Position numbers and translations under genes: made by a program
Notes under the pieces: generated by a model
Told to the model about the DNA's origin: nothing
The model's input: only the letters and a program-made list of their open reading frames with translations
The model's database searches: none
Shown: positions 9,395 to 18,857 of the stretch, piece after piece
Layout: every line of letters starts with the position of its first letter
Position numbering within the stretch: the stretch's first letter is position 1
Assembly: GCA_964505975.1 (NCBI GenBank)
Contig: CAZDLW010000004.1
Span: 17,790 to 81,789 of the forward strand
DNA: 64,000 nt
Direction: 5' to 3'
Source: an uncultured Bifidobacteriaceae bacterium
Lineage (GTDB): Bacteria; Acidobacteriota; Vicinamibacteria; Vicinamibacterales; UBA2999

Positions 9395-10822
9395 TCATGC
9401 GCGCGCTGCCTCTGTCACCGCCGTCTCTGAGGAGCTCAGCAGCCGCACGAGTTCCCGGAGATTGCTCAACTCCTCCAACGCCTCCACGCTGTCGAACGCC
9501 GTCCGCAGGTTCCCGGCGGGCAGCACGAGCTCCCCGCACTCCATGAACTTGTCTCGTAGTTCCTGGCGCGTGAACGGCAGTTCTGGACCGCCCCGGTACC
9601 GATCGTCGGATGGCTGCACCAGCCGTCTCCCGTCCTCCAGATCCACCTCCACGATGCTGCGCATGATCTGGTAGCCCTGGGCCTCGATCGCCGGATCCAA
9701 CACGGTCTCGACACGCCGCATCATCGTCTGTACCGGTTCACTCCTCACGAACTCATCCGAAAACTCGCGGATGCCAGCCTTGCGGCGGAGCGCGATGCTC
9801 GCCAGCATGAACGCAGGGCTGAACTTTGCCTCGAGCTCGCTCGACGCGATGCGATACCGAAGCGGGTTCAGGATGTTCGAGCCCGCGCGCAATCGTATCT
9901 GGCGAATCTGTTCGGGCTTCACATCGTGCTCTCTCACAATCTTCAACATCGCATCCATTGTCGGATGACCAAGCGATCCACATGGATACGGCTTGATTGA
10001 GACACCTGGTGTGACGATGGCATATGGAGCGCCGAGTGCTCCGACGATGCGATCGGCATCGAATCCACCGCCAAAGACCTGGAAGAAGCCCCACGGCCCG
10101 TCCAATGCGTCCGCACCTGCCGTGAACCCTCCGGCGGCGAGCTCGGCGGCAGTGACACCGTTGGCGGCAGCCCGTCCAACGTGCAGGGGCTTCGTCATCG
10201 TGCCAAAGCTCACGCGAATGCCCGACGCAAGGCTTGCCGCGATCCCGATGGCATGGGCCAGGGCCGGACGCTCGAGCTTCAACAACCTGGACGCGGCTAC
10301 GGTGGCACCGAAAGTGCCGACGGTGCCGGAAGAGTGGAACCCCTTCTCGTAGTGACTCGGATCGATGGCTTCCGCCATCTTGCATTCCACCTCGAAGCCG
10401 GCCACGAACGCTTCGAGCAGCGCCGCACCGGACACCGCCAGCCGCTCGCCCACGGCCAGCACCGCCGCCAGTGGAGGGATGGTGGGATGGGTCAACAAGC
10501 CAAACAACCTGTCGGGCGTGGACGACAACTGGGTATCGTCCCAGTCCATCGCATGCCCGCTCGCGCCGTTCAGCAGGGCTGCGGATGCCGTTCGGGTCTG
10601 AAATCCATTACGAGCGAACACCGTGGATTCCGGCCTTCCACCGTCCGGGCCCACGTAGTCCCGAAGAATCTCGCTGCCTCTGGTCGTAGACCCCGCGAGC
10701 ACCACCCCGAGGCCGTCGATGATGCAGCGCTTCGAGAGACGGATGACGTCCTCCGGAAGCTCGTCGATGCGGACGCTCTCGACGAAATCGAGAACGGCGG
10801 TAGTGGCGTTGCGATCGGTCAT
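9395..10822 (-). CDS. MmgE/PrpD family protein
   Basis: 475 aa. N-terminus MTDRNATTAVLDFVESVRIDELPEDVIRLSKRCIIDGLGVVLAGS..., GHAMDWDDT block, length and layout typical of 2-methylcitrate-dehydratase-family proteins. Confidence 0.85.
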   Translation of the reverse strand: MTDRNATTAVLDFVESVRIDELPEDVIRLSKRCIIDGLGVVLAGSTTRGSEILRDYVGPDGGRPESTVFARNGFQTRTASAALLNGASGHAMDWDDTQLSSTPDRLFGLLTHPTIPPLAAVLAVGERLAVSGAALLEAFVAGFEVECKMAEAIDPSHYEKGFHSSGTVGTFGATVAASRLLKLERPALAHAIGIAASLASGIRVSFGTMTKPLHVGRAAANGVTAAELAAGGFTAGADALDGPWGFFQVFGGGFDADRIVGALGAPYAIVTPGVSIKPYPCGSLGHPTMDAMLKIVREHDVKPEQIRQIRLRAGSNILNPLRYRIASSELEAKFSPAFMLASIALRRKAGIREFSDEFVRSEPVQTMMRRVETVLDPAIEAQGYQIMRSIVEVDLEDGRRLVQPSDDRYRGGPELPFTRQELRDKFMECGELVLPAGNLRTAFDSVEALEELSNLRELVRLLSSSETAVTEAARA

Positions 10823-11315
10823 CGATTCCGTCCTGCAAGAATGGCGGCGCGGCCAGGACGAGCCGGGCGGCCGGCGAGGTTACGTGTCGTGTGAACTGCC
10901 CGTGGCGTGCGGTCCTCGAGGCAGTAGGCTGCAGATGGGTCCGAAGAGCACGAAGATCGGCAACGGCTTCGAGACACCATACCGCGTCGAACGCTGGTTG
11001 ATGCGAATCGTCGGTCTCATCGGCGTGCGCGGTCATCCCGTTGGCAAACGCCGCATTGATTGCTGACGTGACGAGGCGAGTACCAGGAAGACACGCTTCT
11101 GTGACACCGCCCTGGCTCTGCACGAACGAGACGGCCAGCTGTCCGGGCGGAAGCTGCGACCCCGACACCATGGCCGCGAGGGTGTCGAGAATGTGGTGCT
11201 TCGTCTTCTCTACGACTGGTGAAGGAAGCGGTCGCCGAGCCGCAGCGGACATGTAGGCAGCCAGCGCGCGGGTCGACGTCGAAACGGCGTGGCTCGCGCG
11301 GGGCCTGGTCCTCAT
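10608..11315 (-). pseudogene. MmgE/PrpD paralog remnant (internal deletion)
   Basis: From ATG 11315. The first ~105 aa are PrpD-like (LAAYMSAAARRPLPSPVVEKTKHHILDTLAAMVSG...MTAHADETDDSH). They join directly to AFDAVWCLEAVADLRALRTHL, which resembles the extreme C-terminus of the intact neighbour (AFDSVEALEELSNLRELVRLL). The frame then runs on without a stop into the 9395..10822 gene. Confidence 0.55.
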
Positions 11316-11348
11316 GGAGTCCTTCTCACGCCTGAAACACCAGACCAC

Positions 11349-11395
11349 AAACGCGAATCTGTACTCGTTGCATCTGACGGCATCGCGATCCCAGT
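11349..11395. repeat. REP-like family B, partial copy
   Basis: AAACGCGAATCTGTACTCGTTG plus the right arm GCATCGCGATCC. The left arm is missing. Confidence 0.5.
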
Positions 11396-11875
11396 CGCGC
11401 GCAACGCGCCCCGGGGAGGTCCCTGCATTCGTGGCTTCATCGTGAGCGCCGGCTTCAGCGGCTCCGCGGCCACCTGACCACTTTCGCCTCGGTTACGGCG
11501 TCCGCTGAGATTTGTGCGGAAGCCGAAGGTGCCCCGATGTACGACCGGCGGTTGACTCACTTCTCGAAGGCCAGCCTTGCCATTCTACTGCCGCCGTGGT
11601 CGTGCCGGGCCGGAGCGTAGAACTGGCCTCGTGGAGCCATCGTCTATATGGACATGTTCGCATCGTACGTTGGCGGCGTTATGTCTTAATAGCTCGTCTT
11701 TTCGTATTTGGAGGGCGCCTGGCTCACACATCGACACTCTCGACATCAGGACCGACTGTGATGGTTATTCGTGTGTCATCGAACCAGCCGTACATGGCGC
11801 TTTCCCTGCCGTCCAGCTGGGGATACGATACGGCTCACTCGTCTCCATTCGACACACGGCCCGATATGGCGACCG

Positions 11876-12474
11876 ACCAGACGCCATCGTCCACGTCCCG
11901 TGCGGAACCGTTGTCTCCCGAGGCGACCATCGAGCTGCTGCAGCGGGCGAAACACGGCGACCGGGAGGCGCTCGATCGACTGCTGGAACGGTGTGTGCCC
12001 GCGCTGCGACGGTGGGCGCGCGGCCGTCTGCCGAACATGGCACGCGGCATGGTCGACACGACCGACATCGTGCAGGATGCGGTGATGGCCGCCATGCGCC
12101 GGCTCGAGGCGTTCGAAGCCAGGCACCATGGCGCCCTGCAAGCCTACCTGCGCGAGGCCGTCATGAATCGCATCCGCGATGCCATCCGGCACTACCAACG
12201 TCGCCCGGCCACAACCAGCCTCCCGGCCGACCTGCAGGACGAGGCGACGTCGCCGCTCGAGTACGCCATTGGCGCCGAGAACATGGCACGGTACGAGGCG
12301 GCTCTGCAGCGTCTGAAGGCCTCCGATCGCGAAGCCATCATCGGACGTCTGGAGATGCACTACAGCTATGACGAGCTGGCAACCGTCCTCGGCAAACCGT
12401 CACCGGCCGCCGCCCGCATGTGCGTGACGCGGGCGATGAAGCGGCTGGCCGGCGAGATGCGACATGCCACCTGA
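11876..12474 (+). CDS. ECF-type RNA polymerase sigma-70 family factor
   Basis: ORF 11512..12474, start at MATDQ (ATG 11876). Region 2 reads VDTTDIVQDAVMAAMRRLEAFE and region 4 reads LKASDREAIIGRLEMHYSYDELATVLGKPSPAAARMCVTRAMKRL. Confidence 0.85.
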
Positions 12475-14371
12475 GAGCGTCCTGGATCGGGCCGTCGAGG
12501 CCGTCGCGGACGGGATTCCCGTGGATTGGGATCTGCTCGACAGCGGCACGCAGTCCGAAAGCGACCGCGAGTGGGTGCAGTGTCTGCGCATTCTCCACGA
12601 CGTCGCCAATCTGCATCGGGGCGACGCCGAAGGCGTGGACGGACCGAAGGCGGACACGGGACTGGGATCGGCTGCAGCGACCAGGGCAACCGCCGTGGAA
12701 GCCCCCGACCAATGGGGACGGTACCGGCTGAACGAAAAGGTCGGTCAGGGAAGCTTCGGGAGCGTGTATCGTGCCTGGGATCCGCAGCTGGAGCGGGAGG
12801 TTGCCATCAAGATCCTGCACCGGCACGTCGCTGATGCGCGACTGCGAGATCAACTCCTGCACGAAGGCCGGGCTCTGGCACGTGTGCGGCACCCGAACGT
12901 CGTGAGCGTGCTCGGTGTCGAGGAGCACGAAGGCCGCGTCGGCCTCTGCATGGAATTCGTGCGCGGCGAAACGCTCGACAGCGTGCTTCAGCGCCATGGG
13001 ACGCTCAGCGCCCGCGAGGCGGCGCTCATTGGCGAAGACCTCTGTCAGGCACTCTCAGCCGTGCATCGCGCCGGCTTCGTCCATCGCGACGTGAAGGCCC
13101 GAAACGTCATGCGCGAGCAGGCGGGGCGGATCGTGCTGATGGACTTCGGAACCGGCAGGGCCGCGGACCAGCCGGCAGTTCCGGGTGATCTGGCTGGAAC
13201 ACCCCTCTATATGGCGCCCGAAGTCCTCGAGGGAGAGCCGGCATCTGTCCGTAGCGATGTCTATAGTCTCGGCGTCCTGCTCTATCACCTGGTCACTGGA
13301 GAGTACCCCGTGCACGCCAGCTCCCTGAACGAGCTGGCCGAAGCACATGCGGCGGGCCGGCGCAGCAGGCTCGGAGAGAGGCGGCCCGATCTCCCCTGGT
13401 CGTTCGTGCGAGTTGTCGAGTGTGCCCTCGCCCGTGAGCCCACGGCGCGACATCAAAGCGCCACAGCGCTGCTGGAGGCACTGGACACCGGGCTCTCGCT
13501 GCAGGAACGCGTCCCGGCGGCCGAGACTCCGCAGACGGGGCTCCAGCGGGCCACGCAGTTGGCGCTGGGCCTCGCAGGGTTGCTTGCCTGCGTCGGGGTC
13601 TTTGGATTCATTGCGAACAGATTCTTCGAGCGTGTCCTCGAGATCGATCCGGACTTTGCAAGCAGTCCGGCAGACCATCTGACCCTGGGCGTCGAGGCGC
13701 TCTTTCCGTTCGCGGTCTACTGGGTCGGCGGGATCGTCGTGACAGGGGCGGTCGTGGGTCTGCTCCGCCTTTTCTTGTGGACACGCGTCAGCGCCGCGTG
13801 GGCTCGCTGGGCTGGCTGGACGCGACCGCTCGACCCGGTCGCGGTGGGTCTCTCCGTCTTCCTCGTCGGCGTGGCGTGCTGGCTGACCATCACGTGGGCG
13901 TATTTCGACATTTTCAGAGCAATCGGCGCCCTGGGGGGGGCTGCGCCCGACCAGGGCGTGGATCTGTCCAGCCTGAGCCCCGCGGCGCGGGACGCCCACC
14001 TGGCACTGGGGGGATATTCTGCTGCCCTCAGCTTCCTCCTCGGAGTCACTGCGCTGCTGTGGCTCCCGCGCCTGCGCACACAGGCAGACAGTGCGTCAAT
14101 GGTGCGCCTGGTCCGGTGGGCCGTCGTCGTGCTGGCCTTTCTCATCGTCGCCACTGCGGTCATGCCACGGCGGTTCATCTGGGAGTCGTTCGAGATCGTC
14201 ACGATCGACGATCGGTCCGCCGTGGTAATTGGCAGCAACGACCAGGAGCTTTTGCTGTACGCTCCCGACGTCAACGGCCGTTCGCGCTGGCGCGTATCGA
14301 GAGATGCACCGGGTCTGGAGCGCACAGGACGAACCGCCAGGCTCTTCGATCGTCATTCGAGCGAGCGTTGA
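12464..14371 (+). CDS. Membrane-anchored serine/threonine protein kinase
   Basis: GQGSFGSVYRAW...EVAIKIL, HRDVKARNVM, DFGTG, GTPLYMAPE. About six hydrophobic spans follow residue 370. The gene overlaps the sigma gene by 11 nt. Confidence 0.9.
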   Translation: MPPESVLDRAVEAVADGIPVDWDLLDSGTQSESDREWVQCLRILHDVANLHRGDAEGVDGPKADTGLGSAAATRATAVEAPDQWGRYRLNEKVGQGSFGSVYRAWDPQLEREVAIKILHRHVADARLRDQLLHEGRALARVRHPNVVSVLGVEEHEGRVGLCMEFVRGETLDSVLQRHGTLSAREAALIGEDLCQALSAVHRAGFVHRDVKARNVMREQAGRIVLMDFGTGRAADQPAVPGDLAGTPLYMAPEVLEGEPASVRSDVYSLGVLLYHLVTGEYPVHASSLNELAEAHAAGRRSRLGERRPDLPWSFVRVVECALAREPTARHQSATALLEALDTGLSLQERVPAAETPQTGLQRATQLALGLAGLLACVGVFGFIANRFFERVLEIDPDFASSPADHLTLGVEALFPFAVYWVGGIVVTGAVVGLLRLFLWTRVSAAWARWAGWTRPLDPVAVGLSVFLVGVACWLTITWAYFDIFRAIGALGGAAPDQGVDLSSLSPAARDAHLALGGYSAALSFLLGVTALLWLPRLRTQADSASMVRLVRWAVVVLAFLIVATAVMPRRFIWESFEIVTIDDRSAVVIGSNDQELLLYAPDVNGRSRWRVSRDAPGLERTGRTARLFDRHSSER

Positions 14372-14442
14372 CCGCACACGTAACGAAGTCCCGCCTACCG
14401 TCGGTTCGAGGCGGAGCTTCGTTACCCACGATGGAGGTAGGA

Positions 14443-15048
14443 ATGCCGCGACGTGTCGGGCTAGTGCTCTTGTGCGCCCTTGTCGTCACGCTGGCGGCGC
14501 CGCGGACGAGCCAGGCCCGGTCGCTCCTCGACATCATCTGGGAAATGAGCGGCCCGCAGCTGATCGGCCTGACCGTGGTCTCGTGCCAGATTGACATGGA
14601 CGGGGAGCGCCATCAGTGTCGCGTCGTTGGCCGGAAGGTCACGGGAGCGGACACCTCCAGAGAGTCGCGCACATGGTTCAGCTTGGAAGCCGGGCTGTAT
14701 TCAACGACAGGTCGGGATACCAATAACGAATACGATGCCTTCACGGTGCACATGCTGGCCGTCGAGCCGACGGTTGAAGTGCGTTCTCTACGTGGCGACG
14801 ACATCATGCTGTACCACGGCGCGGGCCTCACGTACAACGTCCTCTTCGGTCGGGATTTCGATCGATTCGACAAGGCGGGGATCAAACTGCGTCCACTCGC
14901 TGTGGCCTACCGCAACTGGGACTTCGCGTACAACCTTCGGCTGTACCCGAACGGATTCACGTCGGACGAGTTCGGCTTCGGACCGCGAGTCGATGTCAGT
15001 CGCCCGTTCGAGGCCGTGCATGGATTCAGCCTCGGATACAGCTGGTGA
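14443..15048 (+). CDS. Secreted hypothetical protein, predicted small beta-barrel outer-membrane protein
   Basis: GGAGG lies 5 nt upstream of ATG 14443. Signal peptide MPRRVGLVLLCALVVTLAAPRTSQA. Amphipathic beta-like segments alternate, and the protein ends in the aromatic sequence GFSLGYSW. Confidence 0.6.
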   Translation: MPRRVGLVLLCALVVTLAAPRTSQARSLLDIIWEMSGPQLIGLTVVSCQIDMDGERHQCRVVGRKVTGADTSRESRTWFSLEAGLYSTTGRDTNNEYDAFTVHMLAVEPTVEVRSLRGDDIMLYHGAGLTYNVLFGRDFDRFDKAGIKLRPLAVAYRNWDFAYNLRLYPNGFTSDEFGFGPRVDVSRPFEAVHGFSLGYSW

Positions 15049-15170
15049 GGCACCGCCAGAAGCGACTCCCAGTGCAGCGGCCTGACCGGCTACCATAGGT
15101 GCGCGCAGTCTGGCACGAGCCGAAATCGAGCGGAGACCACATCCTCTCACGCTACCCGCGGCTGGTCGCG

Positions 15171-15203
15171 AGTATCGCGTGCCGCGCTTCGCGCGGCGAG
15201 GAC
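15171..15203. repeat. REP-like hairpin, family A, copy 2
   Basis: AGTATCGCGTGCCGCGCTTCGCGCGGCGAGGAC, intergenic. Confidence 0.7.
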
Positions 15204-15305
15204 CAGCCCGTCCTTCACGCAAGGGACGGCGTCAAGGCAGGCAACTGCCACGGTGCGCACGTTTGCAGCGATACTCGGCCTCGAATGCCGGCACAGGATA
15301 ACGTC

Positions 15306-17036
15306 ATGAAGCGATTCTGCCTGCTCGTCGTTCTCTTCGCATCCGCGGCCGTCTGGATCCAGCCGGGCGCGGCGCAGGAGGAAACCCGTCCCTTCGTCCC
15401 GGTCACCGATGCGATGCTGAACGACCCGGATCCGGCGCATTGGCTGATGTGGCGGCGGACGTTGGATGGCTGGGGATACAGTCCGCTCGACGAAATCAAT
15501 CGCTCCAACGTCAATCGGCTGCGCCGCGTCTGGACCCAGGAGCTTGGTCCCGGCAACTCGTCGGCAACCCCGCTCGTGTACGACGGCACGATGTACGTCC
15601 CGAATGCGGGTGACTTCATCCAGGCGTTCGATGCACGCACCGGAACGCCGCTCTGGGAGTACCGCCGGGAAGGCGTGCGGCGTGCGACCAACCGCAACAT
15701 CGCCATCTGGGGCACGACCGTCATCAACGCCAGCGCCGACAATCACATGTACGCCCTCGACGCGCGGACCGGGACGCTGGTCTGGGAAACCCCAGTCCTC
15801 GATGCGCGGGCCCCGGCCACACCCAGCGCCGGACCGATTGTCGGGAACGGCAAGATCTTCACGGGCCGCCAGTGCCAGCCCCAGGCCACACACGAGGGGT
15901 GCATCGTGACGGCGCACGACGCGCGGACCGGTCGCGAGCTGTGGCGCGCCCGCACCATTCCACGACCTGGCGAGCCCGGGGACGAGACCTGGGGCGACGT
16001 GCCGCTCGAAGAGCGGTGGCACGTCGGCACCTGGATGGTGCCAAGCTACGATCCCGAGCTGAACCTCGTGATCGTCGGCACCTCCGTCACGATTCCGGCT
16101 CCGAAATTCGTTCTGGGCGGCACGGACAAACAGCACCTGTATCACAATTCGACGCTGGCCCTCGACGGGGATACCGGAAAGATCGTGTGGTATTACCAGC
16201 ATCTGGTGGACCACTGGGATCTCGATCACCCATTCGAGCGCCTGCTGCTCGAAACCGCCGTCGCACCGGATCCTCAGTCGGTCTCGTGGATCAACCCAGG
16301 CGTTCGGGCCGGCGAAATGCGTAAAGTCGTGACGGGCATCCCTGGCAAGACCGGCATCGTGTATACGCTCGATCGACAGACGGGCGAGTTCCTCTGGGCG
16401 CGCCCGACCGTCACCCAGAACGTCATCACGCACATCGACGGTGCCAGCGGTGCGGTCACCGTGAACCAGGACGTGGTGTTCACGGGTCCGGATCAGACCC
16501 GTCTGGTCTGTCCCGGTGCCACGGGCGGCAAGAACTGGCCCGCAGGCGCGTACAGTCCGCTGACAGGCCTCATGTACTTTCCCATGCAGAACCTGTGCAT
16601 GAACGCGACGACCCGGGCCGACATCGCGCGTGACCCGCGTCAGGTCTACGGCATCGCCATGCCGAACCAGCTCGCGCCGGGCACCGATAACGTGGGCACG
16701 GTCTGGGCGATCTCCACCGAGACCGGGACCACTGCGTGGAAGCACGAACAGCGGGCAGGCACGTTGTCGCTCATGGCCACTGGCGGAGGCCTGGTCTTTG
16801 GCGGTGACGCCAACGGCGCGTTCCGTGCGTTCGACGACACCACGGGCAAGGTCCTCTGGGAGACCAACCTCGGGGCTTCGGTCAGCGGTTTCCCGGTCAC
16901 ATTCTCCGTGAACGGCATGCAGTACGTGGCCGTCAGCACCGGGCGCTCACTGGTTTCGGGCTCCGTGCTCGGACTCACACCCGAGCTGAAGCCGCTCAGC
17001 GACGAGGCCAGGATGTTCGTCTTCGCGCTGCCGTGA
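15306..17036 (+). CDS. PQQ-dependent dehydrogenase (methanol/ethanol family-like beta-propeller)
   Basis: Start at MKRFCLLVVLFASAAVWIQPGAAQ (signal peptide). Propeller repeats PLVYDGTMYVPNAGDFIQAFDARTGTPLWEY, MYALDARTGTLVWE and GAFRAFDDTTGKVLWETNLG. Confidence 0.8.
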   Translation: MKRFCLLVVLFASAAVWIQPGAAQEETRPFVPVTDAMLNDPDPAHWLMWRRTLDGWGYSPLDEINRSNVNRLRRVWTQELGPGNSSATPLVYDGTMYVPNAGDFIQAFDARTGTPLWEYRREGVRRATNRNIAIWGTTVINASADNHMYALDARTGTLVWETPVLDARAPATPSAGPIVGNGKIFTGRQCQPQATHEGCIVTAHDARTGRELWRARTIPRPGEPGDETWGDVPLEERWHVGTWMVPSYDPELNLVIVGTSVTIPAPKFVLGGTDKQHLYHNSTLALDGDTGKIVWYYQHLVDHWDLDHPFERLLLETAVAPDPQSVSWINPGVRAGEMRKVVTGIPGKTGIVYTLDRQTGEFLWARPTVTQNVITHIDGASGAVTVNQDVVFTGPDQTRLVCPGATGGKNWPAGAYSPLTGLMYFPMQNLCMNATTRADIARDPRQVYGIAMPNQLAPGTDNVGTVWAISTETGTTAWKHEQRAGTLSLMATGGGLVFGGDANGAFRAFDDTTGKVLWETNLGASVSGFPVTFSVNGMQYVAVSTGRSLVSGSVLGLTPELKPLSDEARMFVFALP

Positions 17037-17080
17037 ACCTAGCAAGGCGGCCCCCGTGCCGATTCGGATAGGCGCTGCGT

Positions 17081-17276
17081 TCCCGGAGCTCACTTGAGTG
17101 GCGACGGGCGGGCTCCCGACGACATCGCGCGGTAAAACGCATCCTCCACCCGCGGCTGGCGACCCGAGCTGGGTCCCGCAACCCAGCTCGGTCCTCACGT
17201 TCCGGATGCGTTCGCCCCACTGCTGTCGCGCGAGTCGTAGGTCGCCGCCCCGTCGCCACTCAAGTGAACTCCGGGA
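17081..17276. repeat. Long nested palindrome (MITE/REP-like), copy B
   Basis: Outer arms TCCCGGAGCTCACTTGAGTGGCGACGGG / CCCGTCGCCACTCAAGTGAACTCCGGGA (1 mismatch). Inner arms AACGCATCC/GGATGCGTT and CCGAGCTGGGT/ACCCAGCTCGG. The core is about 90 percent identical to 6729-6860. Confidence 0.8.
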
Positions 17277-17445
17277 TTAGAGCGCTCTCGACGCGAACAG
17301 CACCGCGACAAGCAGCAACAGCACGCCCATCAGGTCTGCAATCCGGCGAATCACGATGTCGAGGCGCTTCGGCAGGCTCACGGCTAGCGAGGCTCCGCTT
17401 CAGACCGTCGAGCATGTCGGCGGCGGCTCCGCCTCGCTAGCTGGC

Positions 17446-17479
17446 AGTATCTCCTGCCCGCACTTCGTGCGGGCGAGAC
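17446..17479. repeat. REP-like hairpin, family A, diverged copy 3
   Basis: AGTATCTCCTGCCCGCACTTCGTGCGGGCGAGAC has the same architecture with compensatory stem changes. Confidence 0.55.
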
Positions 17480-17540
17480 GCCTTGAACGGCAGCGCGAAA
17501 GACTTGACTCGTTTGCATGAACTCTGGCCGTTCAAGCCGT

Positions 17541-18857
17541 CTAGACAATGCTGAAACGTTCGGTGTAGACGCGAGTCCAGGGGATCCCCAGATCGCGGAG
17601 ACCGACTTCGGTCACGTTCATCAAGGGGTCCGGACCGCACACGAAGTACTGATAAGCCATCCGGTCGCGTGGTAGATACTCTTCGAGCAGCTCGCGCGTC
17701 ACGAACCCGGTTTCGCCGGTCCACCCGGTCGGGGCATGCTCGAGCACGTGCACGAGTTTCAGGTTCATGGTGCCGGCCATCTCCTCCAGCTCCTCTCGAA
17801 ACGTGACGTTCTCCCAGTCCTGGTTACCGTAAATCAACACGATCGGCCTGCCGTCGCCATCATCCCGCAACGTTCGCAACATGCTCATCGCCGGTGTGAC
17901 GCCGATCCCGCCCATCACGAGGAAGAGGCCGGTACGTGGAGACGGGTCCGGAGTGAAGGACCCGAAAGGTCCTTCGAGAAACGCACGAGTCCCGGGTTCG
18001 ATGTCTTTCCACGTTCCGGTGAAATCCCCCAGTTCCTTGGCAGTGAACGTCACGCGGCGGCTACGCGCGCTCGACGCAAACGAAAACGGATGCTGCTGGA
18101 GCGTGAACGGAGTCGTTCCGAGCGTGATCCACGCGAACTGCCCCGGAACGAAACGGACGCCATCGTGCCCCGCCGGCTCCAGCGTCAACGACCAGGATCG
18201 GTCGCGCTCCGGCCGGACATCGACGACCTGGTAGGGGCGCCGGGCATTCCGCCACGGCCGTATCAGCCGCGTGTCGACCAGCGCCCATGCGCAGGCCCCA
18301 ACGAACATCGCCAGTACACCTTTCTTCCAGCCCGCCTGCAGATAGTGGGCCACCTGCAGGGCATGGACCAGCCCAATGACGACAATGAAGAGCGCGAGCG
18401 CTCCGTGCAGGAATCGCCACCACTCGTAGTCGAGCCGGAATGACAGCCGCCACAGTGAGGTGGCTGCGATGGCGACGAGACACACGGTCACGAGGCTGAG
18501 CAGCACGCCGCGCGGAGCGTTCGTCCTGGGATCGAAGTACTCGAAAAACGCCGAGTCGGCGCCAATCAGGATGATCGGGTGAGCCAGCGCGAAGAGGACA
18601 CCGATCACCCCCATCTCCCGGTGGAACTGGAGGATGTTGTCCATGCCGAAGCGTGGCGCGACCCGCGTGATGCGCCCCGAGAACACGAACTGCAGGGACA
18701 GCAGCGCGAGTGCGAGAAACCCCAGCGCGACACCCAGCTCGACCATGAAGGAACGCGGTGGTGGGCTCTGCCCGACTCTGCCGATGACAAGGGGTATCAA
18801 CGCCAGCGCGGCAAACACCGCGAACCAGAACACGCCCCGGCGCAGCGTATAGTTCAT
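17541..18857 (-). CDS. Ferric reductase/NOX-like flavocytochrome (TM haem domain + FAD + NAD(P)H domains)
   Basis: ORF 17541..18968. The likely start is MNYTLRRG (ATG 18857), but ATG 18968 is also possible. TM His pairs FHREMGVIGVLFALAHP and FLHGALALFIVVIGLVHAL. FAD motif HPFSFAS, NAD(P)H motif MGGIGVTP, C-terminal FVCGP. Confidence 0.8.
   Translation of the reverse strand: MNYTLRRGVFWFAVFAALALIPLVIGRVGQSPPPRSFMVELGVALGFLALALLSLQFVFSGRITRVAPRFGMDNILQFHREMGVIGVLFALAHPIILIGADSAFFEYFDPRTNAPRGVLLSLVTVCLVAIAATSLWRLSFRLDYEWWRFLHGALALFIVVIGLVHALQVAHYLQAGWKKGVLAMFVGACAWALVDTRLIRPWRNARRPYQVVDVRPERDRSWSLTLEPAGHDGVRFVPGQFAWITLGTTPFTLQQHPFSFASSARSRRVTFTAKELGDFTGTWKDIEPGTRAFLEGPFGSFTPDPSPRTGLFLVMGGIGVTPAMSMLRTLRDDGDGRPIVLIYGNQDWENVTFREELEEMAGTMNLKLVHVLEHAPTGWTGETGFVTRELLEEYLPRDRMAYQYFVCGPDPLMNVTEVGLRDLGIPWTRVYTERFSIV

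Noticed and set aside
11781-11813. An ECF-type autoregulatory promoter (GAAC ... CGTC) upstream of the sigma gene.
   Set aside because: The only GAAC/CGTC pair is about 25 nt apart, instead of the ~16-17 nt expected. No convincing match was found.
17277-17381. A 34-aa minus-strand ORF (VSLPKRLDIVIRRIADLMGVLLLLVAVLFASRAL) between repeat elements.
   Set aside because: It has only a GTG start and no RBS. It is very short and is flanked by repeat DNA, so it cannot be supported without conservation data.
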